In this document: positions 1 to 8,550 of the stretch, piece after piece
Numbering within the stretch: the first letter of the stretch is position 1
Layout of the letters: each line of letters begins with the position of its first letter
NCBI GenBank assembly: GCA_043729375.1
Contig: JAYTLP010000082.1
Coordinates: 1-33,248, forward strand
Direction of reading: 5' to 3'
DNA length: 33,248 bases
From: Myxococcales bacterium
Lineage (GTDB): Bacteria > Myxococcota_A > Polyangia > Palsa-1104
Made by a program: the position numbers and the translations under genes
The notes under the pieces: generated by a model
What the model saw: only the letters and a program-made list of their open reading frames with translations
Databases searched by the model: none
Told to the model about the DNA's origin: nothing

Positions 1-617
1 TCGGCAGATGTGCGCGGCTCGTAGCCGATCGGCATCTCGAGGATGCGGAAGCCGCGCTTGCAGAGCTGCGCGGTGATCTCGGGCTCGAGCTCGAAGCGCG
101 CCGCCTTGAGGTTGAGCTTCGCGAGCACCTCTCGCCGCATGAGCTTGTAGCAGGTCTCGATGTCGGTGAGGCGCTGCCCGAAGAGGGCGCTCGCGAGGAA
201 CGAGAGCCCACGGTTGGCAATGTAGAACAGCGGGCTGCCTCGCCGGGAACCCGGCCTGGGCGAGAGAAAGCGCGAGCCGAACACGACGTCCGTCTCCCCG
301 GCCTCGATGGGCACCATCAGCTTCAAGAACTCCGTCGGATCGAGCTCGAGGTCGGCGTCCTGGATCGTGACGATATCGCCCTTCGAGAGAGAGAAGCCGA
401 TGCGGACCGACGCGCCTTTGCCGAGGTTCACCGGGCTGTGGTGAATGGTGATCCCCGGCGTGTTCTCGAAGCGTCGCAGCGCGTCCCGGCTGCCATCGGA
501 CGAGCCGTCGTTGATGATGATGAGCTCTTTTTCGACCGGGAGCTCGAGTACGCGCTCGATGAGCGCGGCGACGGTGGCCGCCTCGTTGTAGCAGGGGATT
601 ATGATGGAGAGGCGCAC
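1..617 (-). CDS. Family 2 glycosyltransferase (polyprenol-phosphate sugar transferase-like); C-terminus runs off the left edge
   Basis: Absent from the ORF track because there is no in-window stop. My reverse-strand translation from GTG 617-615 reads VRLSIIIPCYNEAATVAALIERVLELPVEKELIIINDGSSDGSRDAL...IVTIQDADLELDP...FGSRF...ETCYKLMRREV. This shows the GT2 'IPCYNE', 'DGSSDG' and DxD (DAD) signatures, with strong GC3 bias in this frame. Confidence 0.8.
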   Translation of the reverse strand, partial: MRLSIIIPCYNEAATVAALIERVLELPVEKELIIINDGSSDGSRDALRRFENTPGITIHHSPVNLGKGASVRIGFSLSKGDIVTIQDADLELDPTEFLKLMVPIEAGETDVVFGSRFLSPRPGSRRGSPLFYIANRGLSFLASALFGQRLTDIETCYKLMRREVLAKLNLKAARFELEPEITAQLCKRGFRILEMPIGYEPRTSA

Positions 618-806
618 GGGCAGGCACCATAGGCCATCCCGCCCCCCCACGGCAAACGCTGTAGGCCCCATCCGATTCCGCCGGCAGTGCGTACGGATCG
701 AGCGATGCCCCCCGCCGCAACCACTCCGCCAGTCCGTGCTCGGGTGTTGCCTCTCGGAGCCAGCTCCGTTAAGACCGTCCCCGTGCTGAGCTTCGTGCTC
801 ACGTTC

Positions 807-1406
807 GTGGCGGCGCGCATCAACGCGAACGCCGATGGCGGAGGGGAGCCCGACGAGGGCGCCCTGCTGAAGCGCATCGCGCGCGGCGACCGCGAGGCTT
901 ACCGCACGCTGTACGAGCGCCTCGCGTCGCAGGGCCTGGGCCTGGCGCTGCGCGTGCTCGGCTCGCGCGCAGAGGCCGAGGAGACGCTCCAGGAGAGCTT
1001 TCTCGACGTGTGGACGCGCTCGGGTCAGTTCGATGCCGCGCGCGGCAGTGGACGGTCCTGGGTGCTCTCTATGATCCGCAATCGCTCCATCGATCGTGTG
1101 CGCACGCGCGGCGCCGTCTCGCGCATGGTCGAGCGTGCCGAAGCAGACGCGGTCACGCTCTCGCGTCACACCGAGACGCCCGCAGACGCGCTCGTCCGCA
1201 ACGAGGCGCGCGCGCAGGTGCAGGGCGCGATGGCGGAGCTCTCCGAGGAGCAGCGTCACGCGCTCGAGCTCGCGTACTTCGAGGGTCTGTCGCAGACCGA
1301 GATCGCAGAGCGGCTGGGAGAACCCCTCGGCACCGTGAAGAGTCGCGTCCGCGCAGCGATGGAGAAGCTCGGGCGCCTCATCCCGAAGGATCGAGGTCGG
1401 TCATGA
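807..1406 (+). CDS. ECF-type RNA polymerase sigma-70 family factor
   Basis: ORF 687..1406. Region 2 (LLKRIARGDREAYRTLYERL...ETLQESFLDVW) and region 4 HTH (LSEEQRHALELAYFEGLSQTEIAERLGEPLGTVKSRVRAAMEKL) are recognisable. The start is uncertain: in-frame GTGs lie at 783, 795 and 807, and the ATG at 687 would add an implausible 40-aa extension. The stop overlaps the downstream ATG (ATGA at 1403-1406). Confidence 0.85.
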   Translation: MAARINANADGGGEPDEGALLKRIARGDREAYRTLYERLASQGLGLALRVLGSRAEAEETLQESFLDVWTRSGQFDAARGSGRSWVLSMIRNRSIDRVRTRGAVSRMVERAEADAVTLSRHTETPADALVRNEARAQVQGAMAELSEEQRHALELAYFEGLSQTEIAERLGEPLGTVKSRVRAAMEKLGRLIPKDRGRS

Positions 1407-2200
1407 CCTGCGCCGAGTTCAAGGAGCAGGTCGGCGCGTACGCGCTCGGGACGCTGTCGCCCGCGGACCGCGCCGCCTGCGACGCGCACCTGTCGACGGG
1501 GACGGAGCACGCGGGGTGCTGGGCGGCCCTGCGCGAGGCGAGCGACGCGGCCACGCTCGTCGCGCTTTCCGTTCCCGCCGTCACACCCTCGCCTGCGCTG
1601 TGGGCCGGCATCGAGCACCGGCTCGACGGCGTCGCTGCGCCCGCGCCGCGGCGTCGCGTCAGCGAGTGGGTCGGCTGGTCGCTCGGGCTCGTCGCGGTCG
1701 TCCTCCTCGTGTTCGTGGCGCGCGATCGTGCCCGCCTCGCGGACCAGGTCCAGCTCGCCAGCGCGACCAGCCAGCGCGTCGCCGACGAGCGCCGTACATG
1801 CGCCACCGATCTCGAGCACGCTCGCGCCGAGGCCGACACGCAGCGCCAGGCGCTCGAGCTCCTCTCGCGCAGCGGCACGAAGCTCATCGCGCTGGCACCG
1901 CAGGGCGACACCACGCGCGTCGCCGGCGTGATGCTGAACCAGGAGAGCCAGCGCGCGTTCGTCGTCGGCCACGGCCTGTCCGCACCGAAGGGCAAGGACT
2001 ACGAGCTCTGGATCATCCGCGGCGATCAGAAGATCCCGGCCGGCATTCTCCACGGCAACCCCGATGCGAACGGCGCGGTCCTCGCGGCCATCGACCCGAA
2101 CCTGCTCGGCACTGCCCCCGACGCCATCGCGGTCACGCTCGAGGCAACGGGCGGCGCGCTGCAGCCCGCCGGACCGATCGTCCTCGTCGGCAAGATCTAG
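1403..2200 (+). CDS. Anti-sigma factor, single TM, RskA-like C-terminal domain
   Basis: Internal ATG 1403 in the frame of ORF 1010..2200, overlapping the sigma-factor stop by 4 nt. Begins MTCAEFKEQVGAYALGTLSPADRAACDAHL. TM segment WVGWSLGLVAVVLLVFV. The C-terminus (YELWIIRGDQKIPAGIL...IAVTLEATGGALQPAGPIVLVGKI) matches the anti-sigma-K RskA pattern. Confidence 0.8.
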   Translation: MTCAEFKEQVGAYALGTLSPADRAACDAHLSTGTEHAGCWAALREASDAATLVALSVPAVTPSPALWAGIEHRLDGVAAPAPRRRVSEWVGWSLGLVAVVLLVFVARDRARLADQVQLASATSQRVADERRTCATDLEHARAEADTQRQALELLSRSGTKLIALAPQGDTTRVAGVMLNQESQRAFVVGHGLSAPKGKDYELWIIRGDQKIPAGILHGNPDANGAVLAAIDPNLLGTAPDAIAVTLEATGGALQPAGPIVLVGKI

Positions 2201-2209
2201 TCGCGCGAA

Positions 2210-3028
2210 TCAGTCAACGCCGTCGAGGAAGCGGCCGAGCGCTGTGCGCCAGCGCTCGCCAGCCTCGATGGGCAGGAGCTGGCCCGCGTCGGGCAACACC
2301 TCGAGCTCGGCGCGTGGCAGCGCGCGAACGAGGGGGAGCGCGTCCTCGTACCCGACCCAGTGGTCGTCGCGCCCGCACACGACGAGCGTCGGCAGCTGCG
2401 GATCGAGCCGCGACACCACGGGCCACGGCAGCACGTAGCGCGCGCGGATTGCGTCGAGCGCCTCGCGGTCGGTGCGCTCGCTCGCGGGGTGGACGAGCCG
2501 CTGGTACGCGGCGAGCGTCGACGGCGACTGGAGCACCGCGATCTCCTCGAACGTGCTGCGCTCGGCTTCGGTCGACGAGAAGGTGAGCGGCGCACCGCGA
2601 ACGACCCGGCGTGGCGCGACGGTACGCCGGGCCGGATCCGGCTCCACGACGGGAGTCACCAGCACGAGCCCGGCGAGCTTTCGCACGGATGCGAGCCCGA
2701 GCGCGAGGTACCCGCCATACGAGTGCCCCACGACGACCGGCGGCGCAGCGCACGCGTGATCCACGAACGACGCGAGCGCCTCGACGATCCCTTCGGCAGA
2801 CGCGTACCGCGGCGCAGCGGGCGTGAGGCCGTGACCCGGCAGGTCGACGTAGAGCCGACGGGCTCGTCGCGTCGCGAACACGGACTCGGTCGTCTCGCAG
2901 AGGAGACGGTGGTCGAAGGTGAGGCCGTGCACGAAGAGGATCGGCCGGCCGTCGCCGCGCTCCTCCGCCGTCAGGCCGCTCCCCGCGGCACGGCCTCGCC
3001 CTTCGGGCGCATCGATGGCCAGCTGCAT
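2210..3028 (-). CDS. Alpha/beta-fold hydrolase
   Basis: ORF 2210..3118, with start reassigned to ATG 3028 (MQLAIDAPEG...) just after the upstream stop at 3031-3033. HG oxyanion motif (ILFVHGLTF), nucleophile elbow GHSYGG, and C-terminal D/H region (VCGRDDHWV). Confidence 0.8.
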   Translation of the reverse strand: MQLAIDAPEGRGRAAGSGLTAEERGDGRPILFVHGLTFDHRLLCETTESVFATRRARRLYVDLPGHGLTPAAPRYASAEGIVEALASFVDHACAAPPVVVGHSYGGYLALGLASVRKLAGLVLVTPVVEPDPARRTVAPRRVVRGAPLTFSSTEAERSTFEEIAVLQSPSTLAAYQRLVHPASERTDREALDAIRARYVLPWPVVSRLDPQLPTLVVCGRDDHWVGYEDALPLVRALPRAELEVLPDAGQLLPIEAGERWRTALGRFLDGVD

Positions 3029-3030
3029 GC

Positions 3031-4407
3031 CTACTTCTCCTCGCGCGGCATCATCGTCTCGAGGTGCCGCACGTTGCGGTACTGCTCGGGATACTTCGTG
3101 CGCAAGAGCTCGATCCACTTCCGCGCCTCGGCGTAGTAACCGAGCTCGTAGTTGACGAAGACGAGCTGGAACGGCGTGAGCCAGGGCAGATTCTTGTCAC
3201 CCCCGACAGCCCAGCACGCCTCCATCTCCTTCTTGGCCTGCGGGAACTGCTTGTTGCTGTTGTAGATGGTTCCGCGGCGACATGAATTCTTCTGTTCAGC
3301 GGGCGCGAGCGCTGCGATCTCCTGCGTCGCCTTGTCGTCGCCCTGCTCCTTGTCGCGCTTCCGGTCGAGGGCCACGTTGCAGAGCATCTGATTGGTCGCG
3401 TACATCTGCGACGCCGGATACCTGCGGAGGAACACCTCGCACTCGCGCAACATGCCGTCGTCGTCCTTCAGCTGCTCGTAGCTGCGCACCAGCCAGCCCT
3501 GCGCCTGCTCCGGTATCGGGCCCATCGACGCGTACTCGGGCGGCATGGGAGGCGGGTTGGCGATGACCTTGCGTGCGACCGCGATGAGGGTGCGATAGCG
3601 CCCCGCTGTCATGAGCCGCCCGTAGAGCTGCATGTAGGCGACGTAGACCTTCTGCGGGTCCTTCTGCGACGCGAGCTCCTGATCGATGCGCTTCAGCTCG
3701 TCGCGGAGCGCATCGTCCTGCGCCACGAGCGCCACCGCGCCGTACTCGCGCATGCGCTTCTCGAGGGCGTCGAGATCGCGCGATGCGTAGACGAAGCCCG
3801 GGTCGGTGTTGACGGTCTCGGTGAGGAGCGCCCGCTTCTTCTTGTCGTCCGGCTCCATGAGAGCGTCGCCGTAGAGCTCGATGGTGTGCAGCGACCGGAG
3901 CTTGGGACGCGGGCGCGCCGCGAACTGCTGCACCTTCTTCTGCTCCATGCCCGCGGATGTGAGGAGCTGCGACGTCACCTTGTCCTGCAGAAACAGGAAG
4001 TCGCTCTGCGGTCCGTCGACCTTTGCCGTGCCGACGAGGACGCCGTTCTCCACGTTCACGAAGCGCGCGGTGAGGCGCACGGTGTTCCCGGCGCGCTGGT
4101 AGGCGCCCGCGACGAGCAGCGTTGCCCCGACGAGCTTTCCGACCTTGACCGCGGTGAGCTGGTCGATCTCGCCCTTCTTGCCCTGGAGGTTCTGCTCGGA
4201 GAGCACCTTGTCGAGGTTGGAGCGCTCGATGACCTTGAGCCCCCCCACCTCGCGCAGATCCGTGGTGACCGTCTCGCGGATGGCCTCGCCGACGTTGCCC
4301 TTGCCTCCCGACAGATCGTGGAATGGCATGACCGCGACGGAGGCCGACGTGGCGTGAGCGACCCGGGGCACGAGCAGACCGACGACGAGGCAGAGCGCGA
4401 TCTTCAC
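3031..4407 (-). CDS. Secreted protein: N-terminal CsgG/LpoB/TolB-N-like domain plus a C-terminal helical (TPR-like) region
   Basis: ORF 3031..4407, GTG start. Signal peptide MKIALCLVVGLLVPRVAHA|TS. The N-terminal domain (VAVMPFHDLSGG...GEAIRETVTTDL...LKVIERSNLDKVLSEQ...LLVAGAYQRAGNTVRLTARFVNVENG) is paralogous to the C-terminal domain of the upstream kinase. The start overlaps the kinase stop (GTGA at 4404-4407). Confidence 0.7.
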   Translation of the reverse strand: MKIALCLVVGLLVPRVAHATSASVAVMPFHDLSGGKGNVGEAIRETVTTDLREVGGLKVIERSNLDKVLSEQNLQGKKGEIDQLTAVKVGKLVGATLLVAGAYQRAGNTVRLTARFVNVENGVLVGTAKVDGPQSDFLFLQDKVTSQLLTSAGMEQKKVQQFAARPRPKLRSLHTIELYGDALMEPDDKKKRALLTETVNTDPGFVYASRDLDALEKRMREYGAVALVAQDDALRDELKRIDQELASQKDPQKVYVAYMQLYGRLMTAGRYRTLIAVARKVIANPPPMPPEYASMGPIPEQAQGWLVRSYEQLKDDDGMLRECEVFLRRYPASQMYATNQMLCNVALDRKRDKEQGDDKATQEIAALAPAEQKNSCRRGTIYNSNKQFPQAKKEMEACWAVGGDKNLPWLTPFQLVFVNYELGYYAEARKWIELLRTKYPEQYRNVRHLETMMPREEK

Positions 4408-6053
4408 GGCGTTCCTTTGACGGAGGACTTTTCTCGGTCGACGATCTGCACGACGTGGGCCTCGAGCTGCTTCGCGAGCTCGTCCTGCAGGTGGAGGATG
4501 TTGAGTGCGTGACCGTCGATCTTCGCGACGTCGATGATCTCGCCGGTCTCGACTCGTACGAACCGCGCGGTCACCCGCACGACATTGCCGGAGCGCTGGA
4601 AGCCCCCCTGCACGGCGACGTCGATGCCCTTCAGGCGGCCCTTCAGCGCGACGGTCGACCTGTCGAAGTGGGCGTCGTTGCCGCGATCGATCTCCGCGAT
4701 GTCGGAGTCGAGGTCCTTGCGCTCGACGAGCTCGAACTTGCCCCTCGCGCGCTCGAACAGGCCGTCGATCGCCGTCTCGCCGATGCCCTCGGACAGGCTG
4801 TCGAGCTTCGGGTCCTTCGAGACGTTGCTGAACCTGAGGACCGCGATGCGTGGTAACCCGGTGCGAGCTACCACTGTCGGCTTCGTCGCGTAGTCGTCGG
4901 TCTTCGGCTGTCCGGCGATGGGCCGTACCGGCTTCAGCGTGTCGACGACGACGACCGGCTCGAGCGGCTTCGGGGTGCGACCGAGCACCAGCACGGCTGC
5001 GATCCCGAGGCCGGCTGTGGCGAGCGCAACCGCGACGGCGATCGCCATGCGGTTCTTGGGCGGGACTGCGGACCCGGCCATCTGGTGCACATTGGTCGGC
5101 GGCACCGACGGTGAAAGGACGTCGCCGGTCATGTTCACGACGCCCGCGGACGGACGCGCGACGTCGAGCGGTGCGCCCTCGGCCATCGCTTCGAGAGCGC
5201 GCGCGACGGCATCGCAGCTCTGCGGTCGCGCGTCGGGGTCCTTCTCCGCCATCTGCTCGATGAGCCGCACGAGCTCCGCCGGGATCGCGCCGCGCTGGCG
5301 CAGATCGGGCAGGGGCTGCTGGATGTTCATCACGACGAGCGCGATCGGGTCCTCGGCGAGGAACGGCGCCTCGCCGGTGAGCATCTCGAACATCGTGAGC
5401 CCGAGCGCGTACACGTCCGCGCGCAAGTCGACCGTCTTGCCCTGCGCCTGCTCCGGCGCCATGTACCCTGGGGTCCCCATGAGCGCGGCGGCCTGGGTGA
5501 GCTGCGCGCCCGACGCGGCACGCGCGATGCCGAAGTCGACGAGCTTCACGTTGCCGCGGCCATCGACGATGAGGTTCGACGGCTTGACGTCGCGGTGGAT
5601 GATCCCGGCGCGGTGCGCGGCCGCGAGACCCTGCGCAGCCTGGCGTGCGATGTCGATCACCTGACTCACCGGCAGGCAGCCGCGCTCGACGAGCATCCGG
5701 TCGAGCGGCGTGCCGGCGACCAGCTCCATGACGAAGTACGGGTTCGTGAACTCATCGACGCCGAAGTCGAAAACCTGCACGACGTTCCCGTGCGTCAATC
5801 TTGCGATGGCCTGGGCCTCGCGCCGGAAGCGAGCGACGAAGTCGGGCGTCGAGTGCAGCATCACCTTGACGGCAACGGCGCGATCGAGCGCCGGGTCGTA
5901 CCCGCTGTACACCACACCCATCCCGCCGCGGCCGAGCACATCGAGGTCGACGTACCGACCGATGCTCGACGGGGGGGACGACTCGGAGTGACTCGATTCC
6001 ATGGGCTCGGTCATCTTATCGGAAGAGGACGACTCGCGCGCGTCTGGCTGCAT
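4404..6053 (-). CDS. Ser/Thr protein kinase (Hanks type), single TM, periplasmic CsgG/LpoB/TolB-N-like sensor domain
   Basis: ORF 4404..6053. G-loop LGRGGMGVVY, VAVKVM lysine, catalytic loop HRDVKPSNLIV, DFGIAR, GTPGYMAPE. TM segment IAVAVALATAGLGIAAVLVL. C-terminal domain RIAVLRFSNVS...ELVERKDLDSDIAE...VQGGFQRSGNVVRVTARFVRVETG. Confidence 0.9.
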   Translation of the reverse strand: MQPDARESSSSDKMTEPMESSHSESSPPSSIGRYVDLDVLGRGGMGVVYSGYDPALDRAVAVKVMLHSTPDFVARFRREAQAIARLTHGNVVQVFDFGVDEFTNPYFVMELVAGTPLDRMLVERGCLPVSQVIDIARQAAQGLAAAHRAGIIHRDVKPSNLIVDGRGNVKLVDFGIARAASGAQLTQAAALMGTPGYMAPEQAQGKTVDLRADVYALGLTMFEMLTGEAPFLAEDPIALVVMNIQQPLPDLRQRGAIPAELVRLIEQMAEKDPDARPQSCDAVARALEAMAEGAPLDVARPSAGVVNMTGDVLSPSVPPTNVHQMAGSAVPPKNRMAIAVAVALATAGLGIAAVLVLGRTPKPLEPVVVVDTLKPVRPIAGQPKTDDYATKPTVVARTGLPRIAVLRFSNVSKDPKLDSLSEGIGETAIDGLFERARGKFELVERKDLDSDIAEIDRGNDAHFDRSTVALKGRLKGIDVAVQGGFQRSGNVVRVTARFVRVETGEIIDVAKIDGHALNILHLQDELAKQLEAHVVQIVDREKSSVKGTP

Positions 6054-6112
6054 GCCAGAGCCTACGCGCGCGGCCTGGCGGGCCTTCCGCCACGGAGCCG
6101 GGCCCGGGACGA

Positions 6113-6421
6113 TTACTCGAGCTCAGCGAGCGCGGAGGCGAGCTCGGACGCAGCGTGACCATCGCCCTTGCGCGCTGCGACGACGCGACCCTCTTCCATC
6201 ACCAGGCGCGCCTCGTCTTTTCGGCCCAGCCCGACGAGGATCTGCCCGTGCATGAGGAACTGCGGCACGTAGTCCGGCGCGCTCGTCCGCAGCGTCGTGA
6301 AGATCTGGAGCGCTTCTTCGAGGTGGCCCTCCGAGCGCAGCTCCAGCGCGAGGCCGTACTGCGGGAACGGGTCGGCGGGACGCTGGGCAGCGATGCGACG
6401 GAGCGTGTCGAGGCGTGACAT
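6113..6421 (-). CDS. Small TPR-like helical repeat protein
   Basis: ORF 6113..6421 (ATG, 102 aa). Helical-hairpin pattern (PQYGLALELRSEGHLEEALQIFTTLRTSAPDYVPQFLMHGQILVGLGRKDEARLVMEEG) with good GC3 bias. Confidence 0.6.
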   Translation of the reverse strand: MSRLDTLRRIAAQRPADPFPQYGLALELRSEGHLEEALQIFTTLRTSAPDYVPQFLMHGQILVGLGRKDEARLVMEEGRVVAARKGDGHAASELASALAELE

Positions 6422-6498
6422 TGCGGCAGACTACCGCCCAATCGATTTTGCCACACGCGCTTGACCCCCGGGCGGCTTGACGAACACTCTGACCGGAC

Positions 6499-7317
6499 GT
6501 GCGCACGTACTCTCATTTCGTCGGGGTCGACCTCGGCGGCGGCAAAGGCAAGAACACGGGCGTGGCACACCTGCGCGCCATCACCGAGCCAGGCGAGGTG
6601 AAGGTCGAGGTCGTCGACTACGGCACTGGCAAGGCCGCGCCATTCTACGACGAGCATCTCGTCGAGTACCTGCGCGCGCGGCCGGACGCGCTCCTCGCCA
6701 TCGACGCCCCGCTCTCGCTGCCGGCTTGTGTCCGGTGCCGCGAGTCCGAATGTCCCGGCCAGTCCGACTGCGTGGTTCCCGTAGTGAGGTGGTTCGGCAA
6801 GCGCGATCGCGCGCAGCGCCTGTCGTCGCCAGGGGCCATCCCGCTCGGCCCGTGCAAGCCGCGCTACACGCCCTACACGCAGCGCGCCACCGAGGTGGTC
6901 CTGCACGAGGATCATCACATCCTCCCGCGCGAGACGCTCGGCCAGGGGATGGGCCCGCTCACCGCGCGCGCGACGTACCTGCTGCGCGCGCTGTCACCCA
7001 CGTTCCGCCTCGAAGACAACCTCATCGAGGTGTACCCGAAGGCCACGCTTCACCAGCTCTTCGGTGAGAAGCTCGCGAGAGCCTACAAGCGCTCTGCAGA
7101 GTCACCAGCCGCGCGGCTCGAGATCCTGAACGCGCTGCCGGAGCTGCGCTTCGGCCCGGGCGCGTGGAAGCAAGACGCCCTCGACAACGACCACAAGTTC
7201 GACGCCATCGTCTGCGCCTACACAGCCTACCTCTACAGCCGCGGCGCCTGCCTCGCACCTGCCGAGGACGTGGTTGCCAGGGACGGATGGATCTGGATGC
7301 CGGCCCGCGCCGGTTGA
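6499..7317 (+). CDS. DUF429-like protein (predicted RNase H-fold nuclease) with a 4-Cys insert
   Basis: ORF 6499..7317, GTG start. N-terminal FVGVDLGGGKGKNTGVA, LLAIDAPLSLP, and C-terminal DHKFDAIVCAYTAYL fit my recollection of the DUF429 pattern. Cys cluster CVRCRESECPGQSDC. The family name is recalled, not searched. Confidence 0.6.
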   Translation: MRTYSHFVGVDLGGGKGKNTGVAHLRAITEPGEVKVEVVDYGTGKAAPFYDEHLVEYLRARPDALLAIDAPLSLPACVRCRESECPGQSDCVVPVVRWFGKRDRAQRLSSPGAIPLGPCKPRYTPYTQRATEVVLHEDHHILPRETLGQGMGPLTARATYLLRALSPTFRLEDNLIEVYPKATLHQLFGEKLARAYKRSAESPAARLEILNALPELRFGPGAWKQDALDNDHKFDAIVCAYTAYLYSRGACLAPAEDVVARDGWIWMPARAG

Positions 7318-7319
7318 GT

Positions 7320-7979
7320 CTACGCCGCGGTGCGCTTGGACGGCACCGGCCGTACATGGTTCAGATCGGCGACGCCACGCTCGCGCAGATACTCGAGGAA
7401 CGCGATGGCAGCGGTCAGATCGGCGGCCGGGATCTGATCGACTAGCTCCTTGGCCTGGCGTCGCAGGATCTCGCCGGGCCCCTCGGCTGGCAGGGCCGGT
7501 CGTTCGAGCGGAGCCTCCACATCTGGCGGCGGCTCCGGAGCGATGCCCCAGGGGGCGGCGTTCGTCGCCTCCAGCTGCTCGCGCTCCATCCACTTCTGGA
7601 TCTGCCAGTGAAGCAGGTCGCCGCGAAAGCTGAACCAGCGCTCGCGCTCGGCGGGGTAGGCGACGAGCACGTCCTTGAAGCGCCGGAACGCGCCCTTGCC
7701 GTCGATGGCGATGACGAGGCGCTCGCGCAGCGCAGGATCGGTCACCATCGTGACGAAGCGCTCCATCCAGCGGTACTGCTCGCGGCTGGCCGCGGGCTCG
7801 ATGCGCACGAACGACTCGGGCGAAGCAGCCACCTTCGAGCGCTGCTCGGACTGGTCGAGCGCACCTGCCACCACGCTGACGACGTCACCGCTGCGGGTGT
7901 CGAGGAAGCTCTCGATCTCCGAGGCATTCCGCTCGAAGGCCGTCTCGAGGTCCGTCCAGTTCACGGGGGTGACGCGCAT
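7320..7979 (-). CDS. UPF0158-like protein
   Basis: ORF 7320..7979. The segment [18 protein letters not shown]...[15 protein letters not shown]...WFSFR resembles the UPF0158 family signature (GAFRRFKD). Convergent with the DUF429-like gene, with a 2-nt gap between stops. Confidence 0.55.
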   Translation of the reverse strand: MRVTPVNWTDLETAFERNASEIESFLDTRSGDVVSVVAGALDQSEQRSKVAASPESFVRIEPAASREQYRWMERFVTMVTDPALRERLVIAIDGKGAFRRFKDVLVAYPAERERWFSFRGDLLHWQIQKWMEREQLEATNAAPWGIAPEPPPDVEAPLERPALPAEGPGEILRRQAKELVDQIPAADLTAAIAFLEYLRERGVADLNHVRPVPSKRTAA

Positions 7980-8164
7980 CTAGACCCTCTTCCGGGAGGA
8001 CGCCAACTGTCCCCACACATAAGGTAACGCCACAACAGCCGCCATTCAAGCGCCGCTTTGCTGCGCGCCCGGGGGACACGATCCCGGCCCGGACTGGATG
8101 CGGTTAGATGCATTTCTGACGGATGGACGCGGGCCGAGCTCCCGAGGCACGGCCGCAGCCCGGC

Positions 8165-8193
8165 TTGACAAACGGCGTCCGTGGCCAAAGACT
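8165..8193 (+). promoter_or_regulatory. Candidate sigma-70-type promoter upstream of rpoZ
   Basis: Perfect -35 TTGACA (8165-8170), a 17-nt spacer, then a weak -10 AAGACT (8188-8193), about 50 nt upstream of the rpoZ GTG. Sequence pattern only. Confidence 0.25.
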
Positions 8194-8242
8194 ACGCCCC
8201 TCGCAACGACCCACGTTGCGCACGCTCAGCAGGAGGCCCTCC

Positions 8243-8506
8243 GTGGCTCGCGTTACCGTCGAAGATTGTCTCGAGAAGGTCCCCAACCGCTTCGCGCTCG
8301 TCATCCTGGCCGCCGAGCGCGCACGTCAACTCTCGAAGGGCGCGCGTCCGCTCGTCGAGTGCGAGAACAAGCCCGCCGTCACGGCGCTCCGCGAGATCGC
8401 GGACGGCAAGATCAAATTCAACGAGAAGGTTCGCGACGCCATCGACGAGCACCTCGCCGAGACCCGCCTCCGCGGGCTCGCCGAAGAGCTCCGCAGCCGC
8501 CGCTAG
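8243..8506 (+). CDS. rpoZ: DNA-directed RNA polymerase omega subunit
   Basis: In-frame GTG at 8243 within ORF 8123..8506, preceded by AGGAGG (8231-8236). The protein [37 protein letters not shown]...[13 protein letters not shown] matches the RpoZ signature. Confidence 0.9.
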   Translation: MARVTVEDCLEKVPNRFALVILAAERARQLSKGARPLVECENKPAVTALREIADGKIKFNEKVRDAIDEHLAETRLRGLAEELRSRR

Positions 8507-8550
8507 CAGCACGCCTGCCCACGCCCCGTCTGCCCGCGCGGCGACGGTGC

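Noticed and set aside
687-806. ATG 687 as the ECF sigma factor start
   Set aside because: It adds about 40 residues (MRTDRAMPPAATTPPVRARVLPLG...) not found N-terminal to region 2 in ECF sigmas. In-frame GTGs at 783, 795 and 807 are more plausible, but the exact start is unresolved.
6453-6480. Two TTGAC(C/G) hexamers (6453-6458, 6469-6474) in the divergent region between the TPR gene and the DUF429-like gene, considered as -35 boxes
   Set aside because: No plausible -10 element lies at the right spacing for either. The second would place the TSS at or beyond the GTG start.
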